NCBI GenBank assembly: GCA_951406725.2
Contig: OX597823.1
Coordinates: forward strand, 80,476,001-80,540,000
Origin: Octopus vulgaris
Lineage: Eukaryota
Reading direction: 5' to 3'
DNA length: 64,000 nt
The translations under genes were made by a program, and so were the position numbers. Below are positions 50,241-63,599 of this stretch, piece by piece (the stretch's first letter is position 1; each line of letters begins with the position of its first letter). The notes below the pieces were generated by a model that made no database searches, was not told the DNA's origin, and saw nothing but the letters and a program-made list of their open reading frames with translations.

Positions 50241-51089
50241 ACACACACCCACACACATATATATATACACATATACACAAACAAGTAATACACACATAAA
50301 GGTAGAAGAGAAAGAGTTTTCTTAATGTAATCTACATAATTATTCCAACCAGTTGTATCCACCTACAGCTAGACAGACTGAGCCATCAAGAATTAAATAT
50401 TGCGATGAACACAAACTACCGATCCTATCAGCTTTGTGTAAGTAACAATTAGTTGAGTTGAAAATTCCATCCTCTGTAGTACCAAAACATTTTGACAGGA
50501 GGGGAAAAAAAAGGATTCTCAAAATTCCATATCCCATTAAAAATAAAAATTGGATCCTACACCTCACCACAATTCTCCCAGGCTGCACTAATAGGGTGTA
50601 TGCTCCACGTTGGGAATCACTGCATTAACCATTTAACCCTTTTGTTACTGTATTTATTTTGAGATGCTCTTGGTTTCTTTCAATTACTTTAAATATAACA
50701 AAGAATTTAGTAAAATAACTTAGTTATCATTCATCTAGTGTTAGGAACATAAATTGTGACTAAGGTTTGGTGGAAGATTTTAATTCAAAACTTATGAGAA
50801 CAAGACATTTGTACTACAGAGCCAGAGCCAGTTTCAGCCAGGTTGGTAATGAAAAGGTTAAACTGGCCATATCAGGCTCAAATATTTTACCTATTTTGTG
50901 TTCAAACCAGCCAGATCCAGTCTCTCTCACCTACCCTACAATATCATTCTCAAAATAGACAATCATCGAAATAGTAAAGCTATGAGATTATGCAAAATAG
51001 ATTCAGAACAATGTGAGTAAACAAGCATTACATCTCTACATAAATATGAAGTGGTATCAAAGAGCTCCCATACTAGTTATACTCTTACG

Positions 51090-51478
51090 CTATTTGTTTC
51101 AGTCATTTGACTGTGGCCATGCTGAAGCACCACCTATAGTTGAGCAAATCGCCCCCAGGACATATTCTTTGTAAGCCTAGTACTTATTCTATAGGTCTCT
51201 TTTGCCAAACCGCTAAGTTATGGGAACATAAACACACCAGCATTGGGTGTCAAGCAATGTTGGGGGGGACAAACACAGACACACAAACATATACATACAC
51301 ATATATATATACATATATACGATGGTCTTCTTTCAGTTTCCATCTACCAAATCCACTCACAAAGTTTTGGTCAGCCCAAGGCTATAGTAGAGGTCACTTG
51401 CCCAAGGCGCCACGCAGTGGGACTGAACCTGGAACCATGTGGTTGGTAAACAAGCTACTTACCACACAGCCACTCCTT
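51090..51478 (-). mobile_element. SINE family A, intronic, CpG-decayed
   Basis: Collinear with 13312-13722, with many CG>TG/CA changes. Confidence 0.88.
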
Positions 51479-51479
51479 A

Positions 51480-52102
51480 TGTTTAATAAAAAATAACTTA
51501 TTTACCTAAGTTTTAACATCTCCTTCCAAATAGTCACCTTCTGGCCTCAGTGTTCCTGTCACTTTTGGAATCCAGCTTGGAAGTTAGTTTCCATAAGTGA
51601 GTCGAGGACTTTCTATGATTTGCTCTGGATCCCAACAACCATGTTAAAGCAGCATTGTCGTTGTGAATAATCCAGTTCTTCACACTCTACAGATCCGGTC
51701 ACTTTTGCCAAACATCCTCACTCAAATGTTTCAGAACATCGCAGTACAACTCTCAACTGATGGTCTGGCCGTGGAGGACAAACTCTCGATGCACAACACC
51801 ACATTTTCAAGAGTGATGCTCATGGCATCTTTGAAATGCCCATACCACACGACCCATTGCCTTGTCATCACAAGCCTGCTGAAGCATGCTCAATGTCTCT
51901 AGCAGACTTCCCAAGTTTAACACAAAATTTCACATTGGCTATTTGTTCCTGTGATCACAAAAACACAAATTTCACAACTTGCGAAGTAAACATAGTGTTG
52001 TCACTCAGCACACTGCTAGCTCTTACTGCACACGCAACCATGTGCTGCCATCTGTTGGCACACTACAGAACTAGTCCGGGAACTTTTTGATACCACCTCA
52101 TA
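51480..52102 (-). mobile_element. Internally deleted mariner transposon remnant
   Basis: ANVKFCVKLGKSA (HTH start) and WIIHNDNA (DD34D region); TIR-like end TA.GAGGTGGTATCAAAAAGTTCCCGGACT. Confidence 0.8.
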
Positions 52103-52145
52103 TCAAACACGTTTTTATAGATTTAACACATACACTATTATAACC

Positions 52146-52372
52146 TTAACCCTTTTGTTACTGTATTTATTTTGAGATGCTGTGTTTCTTTCAATAGTTT
52201 TAAATATAACAAAGAATTTAGTAAAATAGCTTAGTTATCATTAAGCTAGTGTTAGGAACATGAATTGCGACTAAGGTTTGGTGGCATATTTTAAATCAAA
52301 ACTTATGAAAACAAGACATTTGTACTACAGAGGCAGAGCCTGTTTTGGCCGGGTTGGTAACGAAAGGGTTAA
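52146..52372. mobile_element. piggyBac-like MITE family 2 (other copies 43940-44150, 50633-50861, 53287-53516)
   Basis: TTAA-CCCTTTTGTTAC...GTAACGAAAGGG-TTAA. The 50633 copy sits in a TTAA of a family-1 element. Confidence 0.85.
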
Positions 52373-55300
52373 AGAAGCAGTTAAATTATTCTTTCATAAT
52401 GTTATTCTTCAAATTTCTTTTCAGTCCTAAATTCCTAGCTCTGAATTCTTCCTGAACTTGACACAATTACTTCCAGTCATTTCAAAACTAACAAACTCTA
52501 AACGATGTAAAGTGTTTTAATCAAAACTTGTTCAGAAGCACAACAGAAGCTCTTATCAAACAACATTAATCCGTTTAAATGTCTCAGTTTCACTATGTGT
52601 GTGTGTGTGTGTTTGAGGCAGAGAGATAAAAGATTAGGAATAGTGTTATTATTTATTTAGTGCTTTTAAAAAAATAATCCTAAATGGTTGATTTAAAAGG
52701 GAACAAAAGCTGGTGAAGAGTTTTACAAAAAACTGTCTTCCACATGTAATGAATTAGAGTTCATTTCACCTAAGTGTGTAATCCAGTAGCCCAAAGGTAA
52801 ATATCACAGGTAAAAAAAAAGGATTCAAGTTGAAGTAGTTATTAATAGAAAGAAGAAAAAGAGGTAGTTTAAAAAAATGAATTCTGTGATAATATTCCCT
52901 TTGTCAGCCCCACTATTTCACTAAAGGTATTAACAAAGGGGTTATTAAGTTTGAATTTACAAACAAGATCAACTGGAAAAGAGTATTTCAGTCGTTCATA
53001 TTTATAAACCATACTTAAAATTATGTAAGTCTGAAATTTTAGACATCCGTTATAATTGAATATCATAAGACACCAAAATTATCCTAACGGCACACTATAA
53101 AGCTATGGCCACCAAAGTACAAGCAATAGATCATGTAATGTACAGATATGGAGCAGATACATTTACATGCTAATAATATTATAAATATAACACTAACTAT
53201 GAAAGATAAACCATACCTTTATCTTTATAACTTTCAAATTTCATTTGAGATTCAGCAGTACCTGTGTAGTGGTAATGTCCTAGTCATTAACCCTTTTGAT
53301 ACCAACCCGCCTGAAACCGCCTCTGGCTCTGTAGTACAAATGCCTTGTTTTTAAAAGTTCTGAATTAAAATCATTCAACCAACCTTAGTCACAATTTGTA
53401 TTCCTAACACCAGCTTAATGATAACTAAGTTATTTTACTAAATTCTTTGTTATATCTAAAATTAATCAAAAGAAACACAGAGCATTTCTAAATAAATACG
53501 GTAACAAAAGGGTTAAGTTACTGAGAAGATTTGCTTGTGTTAGTAATATGGAAGGTTATTAAAATTTAAATATTAGTAGCAGTTTGAGAAAACTGATAAC
53601 AACAGTGACTCATTAGATTACTACAGCAGAGCATATGATTAAGTAGTAACTCAACAGGAGATGGAGAAGTTGGTGATATCAAACCACTGATAACATTATC
53701 ACAATGAGCAGATGTACACGGGGAACGATATTTAGGAGCTATCTGTTTAGCTTATGTAGAGCTTCTCGGCATTCAGTTTTAATCTAGGAAGTGCTTTCCA
53801 AAACAAGTCAGATATGCTACATTCACAGTAAATTTCTTGTAATGTACTATTTGGTCAACCCCATAAAAGAGTGGGTTTACCATTACTCTTAATTGTCTGC
53901 CAAGTAATTTTTCAGTTGGAAATGACTTGCATGCACTAGATGCACTGCAAAAGTTTAAAAGACTCCAAACTTATTTCTTTATTGCCCACAAGGCGCTAAA
54001 CATAGAGGGGACAAACAAGGACAGACAAAGGGATTAAGTCCATTATGTTGACCCCAGTGCATAACTGGTACTTACTTCATCGACCTCGGAAGGATGAAAG
54101 GCAATGTCAGCTTCTGTAATGCAGACTTGATTTTCTGCACAATTCTTTCTGCTGCACCATTAAACTTTTAGACTATAGGTCGTACAATTTCTTTGCAATG
54201 TGGTTAGTTTAAGCCTTTAGCATTTAACCTGGTGAAATCTTGCCCAAATATTCTGTTTTATGATCAAACTGACCAAACCTTGCCTCTCAAACATACCCTA
54301 CAATGTCATTATAAAAACAAACCTTTGCATCATCAAAATCTTGAAGCTATGAAATACTGCATGATGAATTCAAAACAAGGTGAATAAATAAACATCAGAA
54401 CTGACAGACTAATCTGAATGCTAAAGGGTTAAGAAGCCCTTTAATTGAATAAATTCTGAGTCATACTTCAATCTACTAAGAGAGCATCAATATGACTGAT
54501 GGTTTTACCAAGGAATGTGAATGATTTTGAAATTATACTGCAATGGTATGAGGGCCTATCTGGGAACATCAAGATTCTTAACCAAAAGACATGATTAGTG
54601 TGAAAGAGAGACTCTTATGAGTGAATCTGGTAGATAGTAACTAAAAGAAACCCATCATATCATCATGTGTGTGTGTGTGTAAGTATACGTTACTGTGACT
54701 TGCTTTGACATCATATGATTGATGTAAACGAGTGTCACCATCATATGCATTTATCCTTCATATCCAATTTTCCATGAAAACATGTCCAGTCATATGGAAA
54801 TATTACCTTACTTGGAAACAAGAGAGGGTTGGTGAGAGGAAGGATGTCCAACTGTAGAAAATCTGCTCAACAAAATTCCTTCTGACCCATACAGGCATGA
54901 GAAAGTGAACATTAAAACAATGATGATGATGATGCACGCATACTAAGCTTTAACACGAAATCATTAGCTGGTTCGCCTTAGTTTAAGACTAAATATTTTA
55001 ACCTGTTTAGTATGATCTTTTTGGAGTACACTTATGTCTTCAAAGCATGTAAATCATTCAAATTAACAATTTTGAATTGTTGAAGGATATTAAAACATCT
55101 CTAGATACCACACTAGGGTATGCAAATAGTCTGAAAATACCTCACATAGTGATGAGTGTGCTCTGCATAGTTATGGGCTGCCCTTTGGCAAGGCATGGTA
55201 GCTGTTCAGTCACACTGCCAGGGATACGGCAAAATCATGGGACCGCAGCATGGTGAATTGTGAAGAGGTAGTGAAAGAGCTCAACTGAGCCAACGGTATT

Positions 55301-55785
55301 TCTTACATTAATGTTGAGCAGAGGAATTCTAGAAGATCAACGGTCAGGATCACCAAGCTCTGTCAAGACAGTAACTGCAATGTAACCATAGGGGCGGTGT
55401 CTATGGTTGCACAATCATGTAAATGAAAGATTCGCTATGACTCAAGCTCTCAATTCAAATTTATGATAATGGAATTCAATGGGACTCAACGAAAGAAGCA
55501 AAGCAAAAAAAAAAAAAAAAAGATACAACACAATGCAAAGGAATTGTGTCTGCTTCTCGAACCCACAAGAGTAAACAAGAGAGACAGAGGCAAGCAGAAA
55601 CAAGGAAAATGCCCCTTGTATTTGAATACTATTCAAATATTCCTTTAAAAAACTTTTCTTCTAATTTTTCCAAAATTTAATTGTTTTCCATACTTACAGT
55701 TGAAAAAGTTTCAATGACTGAAACCGGTACTGAAATGTTTTTTATAAAATTATTTTAGCATTTTCTACCTTGACCTTTTTTTCCT

Positions 55786-55839
<54 letters not shown>

Positions 55840-55848
55840 CATATGTAT

Positions 55849-56810
55849 TTCCTGGCGAATAGAACACAAGTTGTGGTCGATGGAGTCCACTCAAGCCCAG
55901 TAAAAGTCACCAGTGGCATCCCTAAGGGGGTTGTCTTGGGCCCACTCCTCTTTATGATTTATATAAATGACCTTTCCAGCATCATAAAGTGAAAATATTT
56001 GCTGATGACTAAGCTCCAGAAAATCATCAATGAAGAGGAAGACCAAACTCAACTCCAGTCTGATCTATATGCTGTGAGTCAATGGGCAGACAAAAACAAA
56101 ATGCAACTGAACAAGGGAAAATTTGAGCTAATACATTTTGGAAGAAAGTCTATACTAAAACAGCCATACTCTCTTCTTTGTGGGGAACCGCTCACGGCAT
56201 CTAATAATATCAGGGTGTAATCGTTGATAACAATCTCAGTTGGAGTGTCCACACCAACAATAAGGTCGATATGAGTCATAGGATGAGCTCCTGGATCTTA
56301 AGAACCTTCCAGTCCAGAGACCAAAGTGTCATCATTCCACTTTTCTCCTCCTTTGTATGGCCACACCTTGAATACTGCTGCCCCTTATGGTCTCAGGGCA
56401 CTCACTAAACGAATTGAAGGCATGACTGCTCTTGATTATTGGGACTGCCTTAAGGCCTTGAAACTCTACTCTCTCCAGTACTGCCGTGAGTGGTACATCT
56501 TTGTACGATGTGGAGAATATACAGCCAGCATTGCCCAAATGACCTGAACATTAGTTTCAAGGTTCATCCAAGGCTGGGACCACGGGCCATACGTCCCCTG
56601 CCCAATTCAAGATCACAACATATAAGTACACTGCGACATAATTTCTTTTCCTCAACAGGCCCTGCCCTTAAAGAGGAAAAGGATCCCATCACCTTTAAAC
56701 GGAGTCTGGACAGATTTCTTCAAGGAATACCAGATAAGCCACCCATACCTGGATACAACTCACTACTTGATTGGACAATAAACAAAACTTGACTTAAAAA
56801 GGATTTATAT
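55849..56810 (+). mobile_element. Decayed CR1-clade LINE 3' fragment
   Basis: FLANRTQVVVDG...SGIPKGVVLGPLLFMIYINDL, broken FADD motif, LQSDLYAVSQWA, LKALKLYSL; multiple stops and frameshifts. Confidence 0.9.
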
Positions 56811-59087
56811 ATATATAAACTGACTCGTATGTATACACACACAGATTATCAAACTTACAATTTCCCAGCTCCACCACAATATCAAGTTCTTGTTTCATTT
56901 CTCCTCTATTCGTTAGGTATTATACAAAATAAAATCTTAATTCTAAGGAAAAGAAAACAGACAAACACTACTTACGTTGAACCCAAGTCTAGCAAGTGAA
57001 AGGTAAAAAAAAAAATGTTTATAATAATCATAGAGCCGCAACAGAAAATTCAAAACTTAAGACATCTGTTATAAACTGAGTATCATATTTCACCAACGTT
57101 ATCCAAGCGGTACGGCACACCATAAAACTGTTGCTCGTCATCACTAAAAAAAAAAGTACTAACCACGTGCAAGCATGCAAAATACATTCAACGCCACAAC
57201 AAAATTAGCATAACAATGGTATCAAATTTCCATTGGGTGGAATTCTGGTTTAAGAGCACCCCATACAACCCCTCGAAACTTTTTTTTAATTTTTGGAATT
57301 TTCGGGAAATTTTTGCGAATTTGTTCTACACAGAGGAATTCATTGTAGTATGAAAAAAATTTGTTTGAGTTCGTATGATTTAAGCACGATTTAGCTGAGA
57401 TACTGACTAGATGTTAACATTAATTAATACGGAATATCTTCTTTAATCAGCAATTTCGACCCAGTACTTGACTAGTACTTTATTTTCTCGCTTTGGTATC
57501 AAAATATAGCAGACAATTCCAGGTGTCGTTTTTTTGGCGTTAAGATTAATCGCTTATACACACTCATTCATACATACATACATAATACTTTCAGCTGTCT
57601 AACGTATGTATGTCACCGTAGCATCACCGTACACAAATAGATAAGGAAAACTAAATGCTTTCCATACGATGTCGGTTTATCAGCTGGAATCGTTAAAATA
57701 CTGTTGACATGATAACCAGGATTGATTCCACGTTGATAAACATGATAAACTTACAAGACGGCGAGAAGGCCTTACATGGTCGTCTGATTCGCTAGAAATA
57801 GCAGCCAAATACTCCACAAATCACACACTAGCGTCTTTAAAATCGATTTAAGACAGCAGTCTATAACATAGTGTAGGTAGACTATGCACATACAATAAAG
57901 CAAAGGTGGGAAGCATTTGATCAAAGATTAGTTCAATCAAGACCCACCTAGGACTAAACAATATCTAAAAATGAGACATAACAGTAAACACGATAACTCA
58001 AAATATACTTTGGTGAAAAAAAAAAAAACCTACTCAATGAAACTAAAACTTTTCCTTAAAAAATTTTAGAATGTTCTATCCATCATGCCTAGTTAGCAAG
58101 CTATAAAGCCTATGCATTTAATGCATGATTTTTACATCGGGTTAAAATCTGAAGAAAAACAAAAAAAAGCAATGGTAAGTTGGACAAGAGAAGATTTATA
58201 CATTTTGCTAAGACTGAAATCTAATGGTAAATAGAATACATTTATACATAGTAAAAGGGTTAAAGTTCGTAACTATACAAAAGCCTGTATTAGCAACATC
58301 ATGGGGTCTCTGCACAAATCAACACACTGGGCCCCTAGATCTGTGAGGCCGTTTGTGTACATGCCTTCAAACAAAACACACTATACAAAAACTGTTTTCT
58401 CATTACGAACACTAAACAGAAAATATGTACACAAGATATTAAATGGTTTGTAAATATATAGGTTATCATTATATATTTGTAATAAAATTGTAATACACCC
58501 CAATAACTACAGAGAGGAAATATACACATTCATTCGTGCATGCTCATTAAAAATATTCAGTTACTGAATTATAACAGAAAATCATATTTCGACGAGAGGA
58601 ATAAAAACATTTCATGGTTTAACTTCATAAAAAAGAAAAACTTAATTACGTTGTTTAAAAATTAAAAGAATACAATTAAATCCAAATATGAAATCACGTT
58701 TAAGTGTGCAAGATACATACTAGAAATTAACAACACTAATATAATTAGTGAAATCCAGGTGTTTTCTTTATTAGAAGGAAGCTAGCACTGTTGTACATGG
58801 TGTGATTAGTGGTGAAAATGTTACTCTAACACGTCGTCCCGTTCAATATCAGTGGAACCCCACTTGAAGTTTTAAGTGACTTGCAATGCAACAGTTAAAG
58901 GACAATTTTGCATGCACACAAATATAATTTAAACTAAACGATGTTATCAATTGCTTTTACATTCAACTAACTGCTTGGATGTCATGAATGTGGAAACCTT
59001 AAGTTTTCTAACATATAACAGTTTGACTTAGCTGTATAGTGTCGGAGTGCCATTTTCTTTCGTTTTTCACTCGTGTGTATGTGTATG

Positions 59088-59124
<37 letters not shown>

Positions 59125-59290
59125 CCAGATAACCGAAGAGATGGTGTTGTGGATTTCCACTTCGGCATATGAAACTCAGAGTTTTATCTTGACTATCGAG
59201 TAATGTAACATATTATTGTATAGATAAATTTCCTCTATTTACATAATATTGAGGTCTCTTTCTTTCTTTTGTTATCTTACCGTTTTATCA

Positions 59291-59328
<38 letters not shown>

Positions 59329-59394
59329 CTATATATATATATATATATATGCAAGCCATTATGGTTTAGGCAGAATAGGTTACTAGATTAATAT

Positions 59395-59637
59395 ATTTCT
59401 TTACTGCCAACAAGGGGCTAAACATAGAGGGGACAAACAAGGATAGACAAACGGATTAAGTCGATTACAGCGAAACTGGTACTTTATCGACCCCCGAAAG
59501 GATGAAAGGCAAAGTCGACCTCGGCGGAATTTGAACTCAGAACGTAACGACAGACGAAATACCTATTTCTTTATTACCCACAAGGGGCTAAACACAGAGG
59601 GGACGAAATACCGCTAAGCATTTCGCCCGGCGCGCCT
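59395..59637 (-). mobile_element. SINE family B, rearranged multimer
   Basis: Tail-core-tail-head arrangement joined at GACGAAATACC. Confidence 0.85.
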
Positions 59638-59816
59638 TAGGTTACTGGATTAATAATAATAAACAAGTTACATACAAGCAGGAAGAAAAACCAAGCTTTC
59701 GTAATTCACCTTTGTACAAAATAAAACAAGGACACAATGACAGAACAACATGCGATATCTTCTGGACATATATAACTTTTAGCTTCTAAACTATTAACGC
59801 ATAAATACATAAATAC

Positions 59817-60060
59817 CTGTAAATTTGTCCAGCAAGTTGAGTTAATCTGGTAAAATAAGCCATTAGACACAAACGGATGTTATTTGAATTTCGCTCCGTT
59901 CCAGCATGCATTACAAACAGGAAGTTGTGTCATAATATTCGTCCCACCTTCCTCTCTCTTTCTGTTATAGCACCCCTTCCACCACTTTTTTTTCTTACTA
60001 TTTAATACAAACAGCTTTTAAGTATTTTTATCGCTTTTTCATTTCCTTGACCGCGCGCAT
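59817..60060 (-). promoter_or_regulatory. Candidate promoter and non-coding first exon of the host gene
   Basis: Donor-like CAG|gtattt at 59817 (alternative AAG|gtgaat at 59710). ETS-type ACAGGAAGT at 59917-59925 and CCGCGCGCA at 60051-60059. Unique sequence just beyond the CpG-depleted gene body. Confidence 0.4.
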
Positions 60061-60157
60061 TGAGCTGGTTGACCTATAATTGCTTCTGTATTTATAAGTA
60101 GCACTAGGGAAGGAGAGAGAGTCGATGTCACAGACTTCATTACCTGACTGATGTTTA

Positions 60158-61283
60158 TATTATCACGCCGGGCGAAAAGCTTAGCGGATATTTCTTCTGC
60201 CGCTACCTTCTGAGTTCAAATTCCACCGAGGTCGACTTTGCCTTTCATCCTTTCGGGGTCGATAAATAAAGTACCAGTTTCACACTGAGGTCTTGTCTGT
60301 CCTTGTTTAGCCCCTTGTGGGCAGTAAAGAAATATATATTATCACGCCGGGCGAAATGCTTAGCGGATATTTCTTCTGCCGCTACATTCTGAGTTCAAAT
60401 TCCACCGAGGTCGACTTTGCCTTTCATCCTTTCGGGGTCGATAAATTAAGTACCAGTCACGCAGTGGGGTCGATGTAATCGACTTAATCCGTTTGTCTGT
60501 CTTTGTTTGTCCCTTCTATGTTTAGCCCCTTGTGGGTAATAAAAAACAAATATTATCACGCCGGGCGAAAAGCTTAGCGGATATTTCTTCTGCCGCTACG
60601 TTCTGAGTTCAAATTCCGCCGAGGTCGACTTTGCCTTTCATCCTTTCGGGGTCGATTAAATAAGTACCAGTTACGCACTGGAGTCGATGTAATCGACGTA
60701 ATCCGTTTGTCTGTCTTTGTTTGTCCTCTCTGTGTTTAGCCCCTTGAGAGTAGTAAAGAAATGGGATATTTCTTCTGGCTCTTAACGTTCCGAGTTCAAA
60801 TTCTGACTATGTCGGCTTTGCCTTTCATCCTTTCGGGGTTCGATGAAATAATTTACCCGTTGAGTATTGGAGTCGATGTAATCGACTAGCCCCCCACCCC
60901 CACAAAATTTATAGCCTTATGCTTACATTCTGAGTTCAAATTCTGCCGAGGTCGACTTTGCCTTTCACCATTTCAGGGTCGATAAAGTAAGTACTTGTTG
61001 AACCCTGGGGTCGATATAATCGATTTACTCCCTCCCCTGAAATTGCTGGCCTTGTGCCAAAACATGAAATTAGTTAGGACTGTGAACTGGCAGAACTGTT
61101 AGCTCATCGGACAAAATGCTTAGCGACATGTCGTCCGTCTTTACGGTATGAGTTTAAATTCCGCTGAGGTCTCTTTTGCCTTTCATCTTTTCAGAGTCGA
61201 TAAAATTTAGTAGCAGTTGAGTACTGGGGTGGATGTAATCGACTTTCCCTCAAAATTGATGACCTCGTCCCAAAATTAGAAAG
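60158..61283 (+). repeat. Tandem array of about six SINE B units
   Basis: Units at 60158, 60337 and 60551 start identically (TATTATCACGCCGGGCG) and share the private variant GGATATTTCTTCTG. Older units follow. Confidence 0.88.
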
Positions 61284-63599
61284 AAATGTTTGGCAGACTT
61301 TTGGAACGGCTACAGCTATCCAACGAAGAAGGGAAGAAGCAAGGAATTGGGGAGTCAAAATATGAGAATGGAATTTTTTGAATAAATTTTCACATTCGTA
61401 ATTCTAATTGCATACTAAAAACACAGGCATACTAAAATAAAATAAAAACCAAGTAAACAACCAGCCAATTCCTTACCCTTTTCCTTCTTCACGAAGTAGT
61501 GATAGCTATTCCGAAAGTTCGCCCTTTATTTTATCGATCGCGGAGGGATGAAAGGGAATTTGACCTCAGCGCGATTTAAACTCAAGGTATTCCATCTATG
61601 ATCAGTATTTCCTCTAAGCCGTTGCGCTTGTGCGCGCACGTCTTACATTAAAGAAAGGAAAAAATGTGCACAAATAAGGTTTACAAGATGAAATTTGATT
61701 TTTTTTTTCTTTAAGTTGAAGAAACTCGAGCATGGATACGCACATACTTTGCAGAAAAAGACTAAATTTGCACACAAGCACCACAACAAAAAAACAGGGC
61801 CCATCGCTCATGACTATTAGGCAATGTTTTGTTGGCATACCTGCACGAATGTGTCCTCCCACCAATTTTGTTTCCTCATAATGTTCAGAAAAATTAATGT
61901 TTTCATGGAACTTTCTACAAATACTTCTCAGATGTAGATTACAGTTATATCAGAATTAACGTTTAAAAAACTTGGTGGGCGTGAACACATACATACATCG
62001 AAATCTTTTTCAAAATTATTTCAGTTTTATTTTGCAGATATATAGGTGCTGTGTGTTGATGTGTATGTGTGCGCACCCACCAATTTCTTTTTTCTTTTAT
62101 TTTTCACATCAAATTCCGATGTAATCGTAACCTACACCAAGACGAATTTATAGAAAATTTAATTTTTAAATAATCCAGAAAGTCGGTGTGGGGGGCAAAC
62201 TTGTTAGGTGTGCCGTTTTGTTTTGGGGGTATTTTTTAGGATCACATTACTCACTGTCTCTTTACATTTCTTTAATTCAGAAAGTAGGGCGTGATTTAAA
62301 AGATCCATTTAAGGTGTTATTTTAACTGCTATTTTTAGCCGGTTGAGCTATTACATAACGGATCCCTCTCGTTTTTGTTTTTTTAATATTTTAACGTTCA
62401 ACATCCACGAAGTGAGCCTGTCCCAAAACTTTATAGGGATATTCTGTGTTCACTTCTATGACTAAGATAATGTTATTGAGAAAAAAGATCAGAATGAATG
62501 TCACACAATCTTAATCTTCTATCTATGAATCTCATGCCTTGCTGCTAAGTTTAAAGAAAATTTATACAAAACCCACTCTATTTATAGCAACTTGTATTGT
62601 ACATTTTACACGAGCCAACCATAGAGCCTCTACGCGGTCGTGCGACCTGTTAGAAATAGCAGCCAAATATCTCTTTTCTATTGTAACTCTAACATTCATA
62701 TACCGTGGGTTCATAAAATAGTTTGTTTATTAAATATATATGTTCATTAATTTTGAGGATCTTTTCTTTTTGAAGGCCAGATTTCAACACAATTTCTAGT
62801 TAACTAAACACTTTAAAACTTCGTATACTGGTAGAATGAGTCAAAAGAAAACAATTTGGATTCCTAATATTGTCACAAAATTTGTGGGAGCGTACGACTG
62901 ATTAGATAAGTATTTAATTTATAAACCCCAGAGGAATATAATGTAAAATAGAGCCCAGGATTTAAAGTAACATATGAAAAAACATAGCATGGGGTATTTA
63001 ATTTGAGGTTCAACAATTTTTGTTACCTAACTACGTAATTAAATGTTACGGTCCTTCCAGCAATTATGCTAATTATGAACCAAAAAATAAAATTTATATT
63101 TTCGGCTTCTGCAATACTTATTTCAGTATCTCCTACAAGTGCAGTTAACATCACTTTCACTTCTCATTTTCACCCTTTTTTCATCTCTATCATACGCTTA
63201 TCTTTTTATTCTAATTTTAATTCCCCAATGTATTGTAATGTCCCCTCTATGTAAAACCTTTATGGTTAATAATATAATAAAAAATCAGTATCTCCTCTAA
63301 GTATGGTTTTCATATTCAACATTGAAAGTATTTGATTCTTGCTTTGTAGAGAGATATTTAATGAAATATGCGAAAAAATTAGGAAAATGTGAAGAACTGA
63401 GGTTTATAAAGTTTTATTGAGGGTGTCTTCACCGCTTCTCGCAGTTTAAGAGCTTCTTTTTTAAATGGTAATAAATTTTAGCCAACGCTTTTTGAGTTTA
63501 AAGGGTTAAAGCTGAATCAGTTTGTTATGGGTTATTGACTGTAAATCTGTCACTGCTTCTAGACGTAACGACCTTTTCAGACACATATATATCTCCGGC

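Noticed and set aside
56833-56975. Extra 5' UTR exons (GTAAGT donors at 56838 and 56975 on the minus strand)
   Set aside because: No matching acceptor or other support without transcript data.
60158-61283. CRISPR-like repeat-spacer array
   Set aside because: Units are ~180-215-bp SINE copies with no unique spacers, in eukaryotic DNA with no cas genes.
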